A DNA stretch of 64,000 nucleotides from an uncultured delta proteobacterium (GTDB taxonomy: Bacteria > Desulfobacterota > Binatia > Binatales > Binataceae), in contig CAWJET010000001.1 of the NCBI GenBank assembly GCA_963842085.1, forward strand, positions 2,811,103 through 2,875,102, written 5' to 3'. Below are positions 37,886-48,303 of this stretch, piece by piece; within the stretch, counting starts at the first letter, position 1; every line of letters begins with the position of its first letter. Made by a program: the position numbers and the translations under genes. The notes beneath the pieces were generated by a model, which searched no databases, was not told the origin of the DNA, and was given only the letters and a program-made list of their open reading frames with translations.

Positions 37886-39046
37886 ATGTCGGTGAAGATC
37901 GAAGGTACGTGCGAGCCGCGGTTTAACAGCGTGCGTGACATTTTTGCGAATAGCTTTGAACATGACCTCGAAGTGGGGGCGGCGGTTGCTGCCGTCGTGG
38001 ATGGGAAACCGATCTTCGATTTGTGGGGCGGGTTCGCCGACAAGGCTAAGACCAAGCCCTGGACGCGCGATACGCTCGTCAACGTTTACTCGACGACCAA
38101 GGGGATTACGTCGATTTGTGCGCATCGGCTGGTCGATCAAGGCAAGCTCGATCTTGACGCGCCGGTGTCGAAGTACTGGCCCGAGTTTGCGCAGGCCGGC
38201 AAGGAAAAGATCCCCGTAAATTATCTGCTGAGTCATCGCGCGGGACTGCCCGCCGTAAGAAAGCAGTTACCGATGGACGCTTATACGAACTGGCCCGTGA
38301 TGTGTGCGGCGCTGGCGGCGCAGGAGCCGTGGTGGGAGCCGGGCACTGCGCACGGCTATCACGCGATCACATTCGGCTACCTGGTCGGCGAAGTGATTCG
38401 GCGGATCACGGGCAAGACGCCGGGAACTTACCTGCGCGAGGAAATCGCGGGGCCGCTCAAGCTCGATATCCATATCGGCGTGGATGCGAGTTTCGACCCG
38501 CGAATCGCGGAGCTGATTGGTGCCCCGCCGCCACCGCCGGGCAAGCCCGATCAGATCGCGGCGATGAGCGCCGATCCGGAATCGATGACCTACAAGGCGA
38601 TCGCGAATCCACGGCCGGTGGTCGATCCCGCGCTGGTGAACAGCCGCGCGTGGCGCGGTGCTGAAGTTCCGGCCGCAAATGGGCATGCTACTGCGAGAGC
38701 GCTCGCGGCATTGTACGGCGCGCTTGCGACCGGCGGCGAACTCAACGGTTATCGCGTGCTGACGCCGGCGAGTATCAAGCGCGCGCATACGGAACAGGCC
38801 AACGGCCCCGATCTTATTCTCGGGGTTGTATCGCGATGGGGTTTGGGGTTTCAGCTCAATCAGCCGGTGGCGCCGCTCGGGCCGAATCCGCGGACGTTTG
38901 GACATTCGGGGGCTGGCGGCTCGATTGGATTTGCCGATCCGGACGCGCGCGTCGGTTTTGGCTACACGATGAATCAGATGGGCTCCGACCCGCTGATCGA
39001 CGGGCGCGCGGCGGCGCTGTTCAACGCGATGTTCGCGGCGTTGTAG
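37886..39046 (+). CDS. Serine hydrolase of the beta-lactamase/esterase (class C-like) family
   Basis: An S-x-x-K active site (STTKG), a YxN-like region and 386 aa. Confidence 0.85.
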   Translation: MSVKIEGTCEPRFNSVRDIFANSFEHDLEVGAAVAAVVDGKPIFDLWGGFADKAKTKPWTRDTLVNVYSTTKGITSICAHRLVDQGKLDLDAPVSKYWPEFAQAGKEKIPVNYLLSHRAGLPAVRKQLPMDAYTNWPVMCAALAAQEPWWEPGTAHGYHAITFGYLVGEVIRRITGKTPGTYLREEIAGPLKLDIHIGVDASFDPRIAELIGAPPPPPGKPDQIAAMSADPESMTYKAIANPRPVVDPALVNSRAWRGAEVPAANGHATARALAALYGALATGGELNGYRVLTPASIKRAHTEQANGPDLILGVVSRWGLGFQLNQPVAPLGPNPRTFGHSGAGGSIGFADPDARVGFGYTMNQMGSDPLIDGRAAALFNAMFAAL

Positions 39047-39096
39047 AACATTCTTCGGCGCGCTAGCGCCGGAGAATAAATCCGCTTTTATCTTAA

Positions 39097-39160
39097 GTGA
39101 AACCCGCCTTGGGTTTCGCACTTCCTTGGGCAGGGGTGACCCGGGATTATCCCTGCACCC
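39097..39160. repeat. REP-like intergenic element, family 1, copy 3
   Basis: GTGAAACCCGCCTTGGGTTTCGCACTTCCTTGGGCAGGGGTGACCCGGGATTATCCCTGCACCC combines modules seen at 36005 and 10619. Confidence 0.45.
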
Positions 39161-39252
39161 AAGGTTAAATAGCGGAAGATGCGGGCTCCAGATAAAACGA
39201 TGCCGCCCGTCTTACTTCGGCGGGCGGCCGTTTTGTCCCTCTTTGTCTGAGT

Positions 39253-40119
39253 TCAGACTCCGGCCGACTTGTATAGCGCGCAGCGCAACTTGAAGAAGTG
39301 CGCCATCGAGGTGAGGTAGCGGACGCGCCATGCCGCCGCCATCTTGCCCTTGCTGAGATCGAGGCCGTGGCGCGGTCCGATCATGTCGTAGGCCATCTTT
39401 ATCCGGTGGAACAGATCGTCCGAGGAACCCGGGTCGGGCTGCGTAACGCCGCCGATCAGTTTGATCGATTCCGGGCTGTAGGCTGCCAGCGCGACCAGGC
39501 TGTCGGCAAACAGCTCGTCCTCTTCCGCCAGGTGATTGGCGAACGCCCCTTCCATGAAGGCCGTGTGGTCGGCTTTCTCTCCGACCAGCGAGCCGTAAAT
39601 GTAGTGGCCCAGTTCATGGCCGAGAGTCGCTGCCACGGCGCCGGGATGATGGGCCGTGTTGACGAAGATCACGAACTTGCTTTTCTCGCCGACGTCGGCG
39701 CGGCAGTAAAATCCACGCAGCGACAGCCCCGCGCCCGTGCGATATGGCTCGGCACGCAGTTCGAGCTCGCGCGGACCGAACAATTTGCCGAGATGACCGA
39801 GCAGCTGCGGGCTGCCGAGATCCGCCAGGCTCCCGTATGTCGGTGTGTGCTGCTTGATGTCATTCTCGACGATCTGCGCCAATTCCTTGGCCAGAGGCTT
39901 GGACGGAAGCGCGGGCACATCCACGTAATCGGCGGAGAGAATCTTTTTCAGGTCGGAAAGCTGATGGAGGACCCGGGTCCCGAGCGAGTTGAACGGAACC
40001 TTGATCTCGCCGAGCAGCTTGGAAACGAGATGGTCAACTTCACGAGTTACCAGCGCGTCCGGTTCTCGCGACGATATCCGTCTCGCCAGGGCTGGCGATG
40101 AGGCCAATGCTGCGCTCAT
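39253..40119 (-). CDS. ImmA/IrrE-family (DUF955) zinc metallopeptidase-like protein with extended N-terminal domain
   Basis: HELGHYIYG (HEXXH) lies at about residue 177, preceded by a roughly 170-aa domain. No adjacent HTH partner gene. Confidence 0.55.
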   Translation of the reverse strand: MSAALASSPALARRISSREPDALVTREVDHLVSKLLGEIKVPFNSLGTRVLHQLSDLKKILSADYVDVPALPSKPLAKELAQIVENDIKQHTPTYGSLADLGSPQLLGHLGKLFGPRELELRAEPYRTGAGLSLRGFYCRADVGEKSKFVIFVNTAHHPGAVAATLGHELGHYIYGSLVGEKADHTAFMEGAFANHLAEEDELFADSLVALAAYSPESIKLIGGVTQPDPGSSDDLFHRIKMAYDMIGPRHGLDLSKGKMAAAWRVRYLTSMAHFFKLRCALYKSAGV

Positions 40120-40732
40120 AAAACGACCATCGGGACGACCTTACAAGCCCGTCGGCATGATCGGCACGCTATACTAAATGACTGGTACTGCTTTTCAAAA
40201 CCCATCTAACTCGCGTTAATTGAGCAAATCGTATGCCACACTACCTATAGATAGTGCGATTAAATGCCATACCAGTAATGGCGTGGAGAACTTCGTTATG
40301 CGGCGTTTCTGCAACCCAACAAGGGCACTTTTGAACCAAAGGCTCGACGGGGAGCCAGCCGGAGGTGTCCGAATGCTCCGGCCGCTCGCACCGCCGCAGA
40401 TAGGCGTCGAGGGCGACGCCGAGGCATGCTTCGACCGCGCCGGGGTCCAATCCGGCATCGCCGAAGTGATCTGACTCTCCCGCATCATCGCGCCCGTGGC
40501 GCTTTGCAGCGCGAATTTGCTTTGCCCGACGCGGCCATGAGCCACATTGTCTAACCGGTTACCTACAACCAGTCAAGCCCTTCACTACGAACTGTAGGAC
40601 AGTTTTAATAACCATTTTGATGCAGTCGGAACCCGGCGGCGTTATTCGCCGGCCGTTATCCGACCCACGAAAGCGCCCACAAATCGCAACGGTTGCCACG
40701 ATCGTTGCGGCTTGCCATTAGTGTTCAGTTTC

Positions 40733-42871
<2,139 letters not shown>

Positions 42872-42953
42872 CGAGATCTGATTGTTGAATCAGGGGGACT
42901 CGCACGGTCTATACTGCAACACAGGCAGCTGTTCCAGGCGGGAGAATCTCGGG

Positions 42954-44603
42954 ATGATCGACTTTCGAACCGAACCGTCCGCATACCGGCATTGGCGCTT
43001 GAGCTTCGCCGGGCCGGTCGCGACGCTGGCGATGGACGTGGACGAAAAGGGCGGCCTTGCGCCGGGCTACGAGCTCAAGCTCAACTCCTATGACCTCGGC
43101 GTCGATATCGAGCTCAACGACGCCGTGAATCGGCTTCGCTTCGAGCATCCCGAAATAAAATGCGTGATCGTCACGTCGGGCAAAGAGCGCGTGTTCTGCG
43201 CCGGCGCGAACATCAGGATGCTCGGCCTGTCGAGCCATCCGTTCAAAGTGAATTTCTGCAAGTTTACCAACGAGACGCGCAATGCGATCGAAGACGCGAC
43301 GCTCAACTCGGACCAGTACTACATGACTGCGATCGGCGGGGCGTGCGCCGGCGGCGGCTACGAACTCGCGCTCGCGACCGACTATATAATGATGGCGGAC
43401 GATGGTTCGACCAGCGTTTCGCTGCCGGAGGTCGCATTGCTCGGCGTGCTGCCGGGCACCGGCGGACTGACCAGGCTGGTCGACAAGCGCCGCGTCAGGC
43501 GCGACCGCGCGGATTTTTTCTGCACAACAGAGGAAGGACTGAGGGGCAAGCGGGCGGTGGATTGGCATTTGGTGGACGAAGTCGTACCGCGCTCGCAACT
43601 CATGGAGTGGGCGTCGCAGAGAGCGCTCGAATTCGCGGCGCGTTCAGCGGGTTCTACGCCTCCGCGTGGGATATCGCTCGGCCGGCTCTCGCGCGAGGTC
43701 GCGGAGCGACGGATTAAGTATGCGCACTTGACGATCGACATCGATCGCGACAATTCCACTGCGGCGTTCACTGTCGAGGGTCCGGAGAACCAGGCCCCGC
43801 GCCGGGTCGAAGATGCTCGCGCGATTGGAGCGGACTTCTGGCCGTTGGCGATTGCGCGCGAACTCGAAGACGCGATCCTGCATCTGCGCTTCAATCAGGA
43901 GACTGTCAGGACTTGGATCTTTCGCACGCGAGGCGATCCGGTGCTGGTGCAGTCGCACGACGCATTCCTCGACGCCAACGCTGATGACCGGCTGATCCGT
44001 GAAATCCGGCTCTACCTGAAGCGCACGCTGAAACGGCTCGATGTCAGCTCGCGCTCCGTCTTCGCGTTGATCGAGCCGGGTTCGTGCTTTTGCGGAACTC
44101 TGCTGGAGCTGGCGCTGGCGTCGGACCGCGCGTACATGCTGCGCGGACTGCGGGAAGGTGACGAGTCGATGCCGGCGAGCATCGGCCTCACGGAAATGAA
44201 CTTTGGCGCGACGCCGATGTGCAACGGCTTGACGCGGCTGGAGAGCAGATTCCAAGGCACGCCCGAGCGCGTCGAGGAGCTGCGCGGCAGGATTGGCGAG
44301 CAGATCGATGCATCGTTGGCAGAGCAACTGGGACTGGTTACGTTCACGCCCGACGATATCGACTGGGACGACGAGGTCCGCATTGCGCTCGAAGAACGCG
44401 CGGCGTTCTCGTCGGACGCGCTGACCGGGATGGAGGCTTCGCTCCGATTCGGCGGGCCGGAGACGCTCGAGTCAAAAATATTTGCGCGTCTGTCGGCGTG
44501 GCAGAACTGGATCTTTCAGCGCCCGAACGCGGTCGGTGAAAAAGGCGCGCTGAAACTCTATGGCACCGGAGCGCGGCCGGAATTCGATCCGAGGAGGGTC
44601 TGA
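42954..44603 (+). CDS. boxC: 2,3-epoxybenzoyl-CoA dihydrolase (benzoyl-CoA-dihydrodiol lyase) BoxC-like
   Basis: A double crotonase-fold protein of about 550 aa with an N-terminus (MIDFRTEPSAYRHWRLSFAGPVATLAMDVDE...KLNSYDLGVDIEL) matching my memory of the BoxC family signature. It is immediately upstream of boxB. Confidence 0.7.
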   Translation: MIDFRTEPSAYRHWRLSFAGPVATLAMDVDEKGGLAPGYELKLNSYDLGVDIELNDAVNRLRFEHPEIKCVIVTSGKERVFCAGANIRMLGLSSHPFKVNFCKFTNETRNAIEDATLNSDQYYMTAIGGACAGGGYELALATDYIMMADDGSTSVSLPEVALLGVLPGTGGLTRLVDKRRVRRDRADFFCTTEEGLRGKRAVDWHLVDEVVPRSQLMEWASQRALEFAARSAGSTPPRGISLGRLSREVAERRIKYAHLTIDIDRDNSTAAFTVEGPENQAPRRVEDARAIGADFWPLAIARELEDAILHLRFNQETVRTWIFRTRGDPVLVQSHDAFLDANADDRLIREIRLYLKRTLKRLDVSSRSVFALIEPGSCFCGTLLELALASDRAYMLRGLREGDESMPASIGLTEMNFGATPMCNGLTRLESRFQGTPERVEELRGRIGEQIDASLAEQLGLVTFTPDDIDWDDEVRIALEERAAFSSDALTGMEASLRFGGPETLESKIFARLSAWQNWIFQRPNAVGEKGALKLYGTGARPEFDPRRV

Positions 44604-46033
44604 TGCCGATCAACTATTCCGAGCGAATTCCCAACAACGTGAATCTCACCGACGACCGCCGCCTGCAGCGCGCGCTCGAAGCGTGGCAGCCCGGCTTTTT
44701 GCAATGGTGGAGCGAGATGGGACCCGAGAATTTTCAGGGCTGCGACGTGTATCTGCGGACTGCGACTTCGACCGACGCGCAGGGCTGGGCGACATTCGGA
44801 TACGTCAAGATGCCGGACTATCGATGGGGGATTTTTCTGGCTGACCCCGAACCCGATCGCCGGATTCCGTTCGGAGAGCATAAGGGAGAGCCGGTCTGGC
44901 GCGAGGTGCCGGGTGAACATCGGGGCGTCCTGCGCCGCCTTATCGTCACGCAGGGCGACACCGAACCCGCGTCGGTCGAGCAACAGCGGCACCTCGGCAG
45001 GACATGCCCGTCGCTCTACGACCTGCGCAATCTTTTCCAGGTCAACGTGGAAGAAGGGCGCCATCTATGGGCGATGGTCTATCTGCTGCAGGCCTACTTC
45101 GGACGCGATGGCCGCGAAGAGGCCGAGGCCTTGCTCCGGCGCCGGTCGGGGAACGCCGACAACCCTCGCATCCTCGGCGCGTTCAACGAGAAGACGCCAG
45201 ACTGGCTGTCGTACTTCATGTTCACGCATTTCACCGACCGTGACGGCAAGTATCAGCTCGCGAGCCTGGCCGAATCGGGATTCGATCCGCTGGCGCGCAC
45301 CTGCCGCTTTATGCTGACCGAGGAGGCGCATCACCTGTTCGTTGGCGAATCGGGAGTGAGCCGGGTAATCAGCCGCACCTGCCAACTGATGAAAGAGCAT
45401 AACACTGGGGTAGTAAGTGAGTACGGTGGGATCGACCTCGCAGTTATTCAAAAGTATATAAACTTTCATTACTCAGTCTCGCTTGATCTGTTCGGCTCGG
45501 AATTATCGACTAATGCAGCCAATTACTACAGCGCAGGTCTGAAAGGGCGCTTCAAGGAAACCGACAGAGACGACGACCATCAACTCAAGCGAAGCGGTTA
45601 CTCGGTATCGAAGCCGGTCAATGGAGTAATCATTCAGACCGAGCAGCCTGCGCTGATTGCGTTGAATGAAACTCTTCGCGACTCCTACATTGCCGACTGC
45701 GAGCGGGCGCTGGCGCGATGGAACAAGATTATTCGCGCGGCGGCGATTGGCTTCGAGCTCAAGCTGCCGCATCGGGGATTTCGGCGCTCGATAGGCGAAT
45801 TCGCGGGCGTCAATGTGACGCCGGACGGAAAGATAATCACCGAGACGGAATGGCAACAGCGCAAATCGGAGTGGATACCGACCCAGGCCGACCGCGAATT
45901 CGTGGCATCGCTCATGCAGCCTTTCACCGCGCCCGGTCAATTCGCGGGCTGGATCGCGCCGCCCGCGCGCGGCATCAACCATCAAGCGCTCGACTTCGAG
46001 TACGTGACCGCATTGCCAACAGAAGCGAATTGA
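44603..46033 (+). CDS. boxB: Benzoyl-CoA 2,3-epoxidase subunit B (diiron oxygenase component)
   Basis: The N-terminus MPINYSERIPNNVNLTDDRRLQRALEAWQP... and internal EEGRHLWAMVYLL / TEEAHHLFVGESG carboxylate-His diiron motifs match my memory of BoxB; 476 aa. It overlaps the boxC stop (TGATG). Confidence 0.75.
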   Translation: MPINYSERIPNNVNLTDDRRLQRALEAWQPGFLQWWSEMGPENFQGCDVYLRTATSTDAQGWATFGYVKMPDYRWGIFLADPEPDRRIPFGEHKGEPVWREVPGEHRGVLRRLIVTQGDTEPASVEQQRHLGRTCPSLYDLRNLFQVNVEEGRHLWAMVYLLQAYFGRDGREEAEALLRRRSGNADNPRILGAFNEKTPDWLSYFMFTHFTDRDGKYQLASLAESGFDPLARTCRFMLTEEAHHLFVGESGVSRVISRTCQLMKEHNTGVVSEYGGIDLAVIQKYINFHYSVSLDLFGSELSTNAANYYSAGLKGRFKETDRDDDHQLKRSGYSVSKPVNGVIIQTEQPALIALNETLRDSYIADCERALARWNKIIRAAAIGFELKLPHRGFRRSIGEFAGVNVTPDGKIITETEWQQRKSEWIPTQADREFVASLMQPFTAPGQFAGWIAPPARGINHQALDFEYVTALPTEAN

Positions 46034-46083
46034 TCGACACGCTTGACTCTGGACTATGGTCAAGGGTCTATCGTGAGGCACAA

Positions 46084-46503
46084 ATGACGATTGGCCGAGT
46101 AGCTAATGCGGCGGGAGTGAGCATAGACACGATCCGCTTCTACGAGCGGCGGGGTTTGATAGCAGGACCGCGGCGGAGCGTTTCGGGTTACAGGAACTTT
46201 TCCGAAGACGTGCTCGATCGCCTGCGTTTCATCGGCGATGCGAAGCGGCTCGGATTTACCCTGAAGGAAATCCGGGAGTTGCTGTCGCTGGGCGTGAAAT
46301 CGACGACCGAATGCGGCCCGGTCACGCGAAAAGCGGAAGCGAAGTTAGCGGAGATGAACCAGGAAATCGGCCGCCTGCAGCGCCTGCGGCTCACGCTGCG
46401 CCAGATGATCGAGGAGTGCGGCGGGAATTGTGCAGCGTCGTATAGGTCGGTTGGAGAAGCTCCCAGAAGCAGAATCTTAAATCGCGCGAAAAACGCGCGC
46501 TGA
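46084..46503 (+). CDS. MerR-family transcriptional regulator
   Basis: MerR N-terminal HTH (MTIGRVANAAGVSIDTIRFYERRGL), a coiled-coil region and a C-terminal Cys pair (ECGGNC). The last eight codons lie inside the family-2 repeat element. Confidence 0.8.
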   Translation: MTIGRVANAAGVSIDTIRFYERRGLIAGPRRSVSGYRNFSEDVLDRLRFIGDAKRLGFTLKEIRELLSLGVKSTTECGPVTRKAEAKLAEMNQEIGRLQRLRLTLRQMIEECGGNCAASYRSVGEAPRSRILNRAKNAR

Positions 46504-46552
46504 GTAAGGACCCTCACCTTCATCCTCTCCCTTGCAGGGAGAGGGGAAGAGA
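46471..46552. repeat. Miniature two-hairpin repeat element, family 2, copy 2
   Basis: About 85% identical to 16212-16297, with the same CGCGCG hairpin and CCTCTCCCT/AGGGAGAGG hairpin. It overlaps the 3' end of the MerR gene. Confidence 0.5.
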
Positions 46553-46592
46553 AGCGGCCCGGCCGCAGATCGGAGTGCGAGAGGAGACGCGC

Positions 46593-46820
46593 ATGGAAGT
46601 TGTTATTTACACGAATGCAGGGTGCTCGGCCTGCGCTCAGGCGAAAGAGTTTCTCACGCGGCACAACGTCAGCTACATCGAAAAGAGCATCGCCAAAGAT
46701 CCCTCGCTTATCGATGAGCTGGCCAGCCTTGGTTTTCGCGCGGTTCCCGTTATCCGCGTCGGCAACGAAACGATGCTGGGATTCAGCGCGGTGAAGTTGA
46801 GGAGGATGCTCGGACTGTGA
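46593..46820 (+). CDS. Glutaredoxin-like protein (NrdH/Grx family, CxxC)
   Basis: MEVVIYTNAGCSACAQAKEFL... is a thioredoxin-fold N-terminus with a CSAC active site; about 75 aa. Confidence 0.7.
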   Translation: MEVVIYTNAGCSACAQAKEFLTRHNVSYIEKSIAKDPSLIDELASLGFRAVPVIRVGNETMLGFSAVKLRRMLGL

Positions 46821-48144
46821 GGGACTGCGGCTCGAGCGCGAGCGGTTGCGCGGCCGCAGTCGCTTGCTGAATCGCGGAGACGGGATGGGCGCAGTCGGTC
46901 GCGAACCAATACGCTGCGATGTATCCGGTCAGCAGAGCGATGAAGCTGGTTTCCTCGAGCGCGCGCGCCAGCCATGGGAAGTCGAGCTGAAACCCGGTCG
47001 GCGGCGGCACCAGGAAGCGGTTGAAGACGCGCAGCGAAACCGCGCTGAGCATGTAGCACAACGCCGCCATCCAGACGGCCCGCGAGCCGGACCGTCCATC
47101 GGCCTCGGATGTGACCATTTGCACGAACGGAAGAGTCAGTAGCAGTAGATAGTGATGCCATCCGACAGGTGACAGCATGATCGCCGTCGCAATCCACAGT
47201 GAGTATATTCTCCAGTCAGAATCGCCGCGGTTCGTATCGGACAGCGTCGCACGAATAGTCACTCCAAATACTATTAAGTCTGCGACGGCGATGCAGGTGC
47301 GTCTGACCCAATCGGCCGGCGAGCCGGCGGCGGTACCAGTAATCGCCCAGAACATCCGCGACACGAATGGCGCGAGCGAAAGATTGTCCACCCGCTTCAT
47401 CATTGAATAGTCAGTGACCCACGCCGCGCCGTGAACGAAGCTGAGAGATTGCGCGAGCCCCAACGTCGCGACGGTCACGACTACCCCTGCCGCGACTCCG
47501 CACGTCGCAAACGCAACCGCCCGCCATTTCCGACGAATCGCAAAATAGCCGACGAGCAAAAGCGGATAGGCCCGCAACAGCCCGGCCGACGCGATTAACA
47601 AGCCCGCGGCGCCGTCGCGCCGGCGTTCCATCGCGCGCATTGCGCCGGCCATCAGCAGCAGGATTATGAGCTGCGACTGCCCCCAGTAAAGATTCAAATT
47701 CACCGGCGCCGACATCAAAATGAGTCCCGCCAGCAACCACGCCGTGCGCCCGGAAAGCCCGCGCCGATATGCCAGCAACAGGTACATCGCGGCTGCCAAT
47801 GCCGAAAAGTTGATTGCGGACCAGAGCCAGAATGCGAACCGTGGCCGCAACCAGGTTAGTGGCTCGAAGCAGACCAGAAACGTCGGCGTGTCGGAGGCGT
47901 AAATCAGACCGCCGGTCTCAAGGCCGAGCCGGGCGGCGATCGGCGTCAAATCGGAACGGTAAGGGTCGATTCCATGCCGGAGCGCCCACGCCGATTCGTA
48001 CTTGTCCGAGAAGTCGCGGCCACGCCATTGTGCGCGCATTTTCGTCAAGGTGCCGGTCAGGATCAGGAGCGCGCAGAGCCAGACGACAGCCAGGATCGCT
48101 GGCTGACGCATCGCGGCAGCGATTCGTTCACCGTTCACGCCCAA
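46783..48144 (-). CDS. Integral membrane glycosyltransferase, DUF2029/GT87-like (putative)
   Basis: A polytopic protein with the conserved N-terminal loop DFSDKYESAWALRHGIDPY, resembling the DFxxYYxAA...G..PY motif of GT87. Its 3' end overlaps the glutaredoxin gene by 38 nt. Confidence 0.55.
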   Translation of the reverse strand: MGVNGERIAAAMRQPAILAVVWLCALLILTGTLTKMRAQWRGRDFSDKYESAWALRHGIDPYRSDLTPIAARLGLETGGLIYASDTPTFLVCFEPLTWLRPRFAFWLWSAINFSALAAAMYLLLAYRRGLSGRTAWLLAGLILMSAPVNLNLYWGQSQLIILLLMAGAMRAMERRRDGAAGLLIASAGLLRAYPLLLVGYFAIRRKWRAVAFATCGVAAGVVVTVATLGLAQSLSFVHGAAWVTDYSMMKRVDNLSLAPFVSRMFWAITGTAAGSPADWVRRTCIAVADLIVFGVTIRATLSDTNRGDSDWRIYSLWIATAIMLSPVGWHHYLLLLTLPFVQMVTSEADGRSGSRAVWMAALCYMLSAVSLRVFNRFLVPPPTGFQLDFPWLARALEETSFIALLTGYIAAYWFATDCAHPVSAIQQATAAAQPLALEPQSLTVRASSSTSPR

Positions 48145-48303
48145 GTATGGGCAAACCGCGGCGCGCGAGACTACAAAAGTGCTGAGCCCTCTGCGTTACC
48201 TGGAGAACTCAAAATCGTTCGCTATCGGGTGTAACCGATGAGTAGCGACGCTTTTGTCGCAAAACCATGACTGCTTAATCCGTTCGGTTGCCAATAGATG
48301 ACG

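Noticed and set aside
46188-46664. 158-aa minus-strand ORF spanning the MerR 3' end, repeat element and glutaredoxin 5' end
   Set aside because: It overlaps two well-supported plus-strand genes and a repeat element, and has Arg/Ser-rich composition, so it is a shadow ORF.
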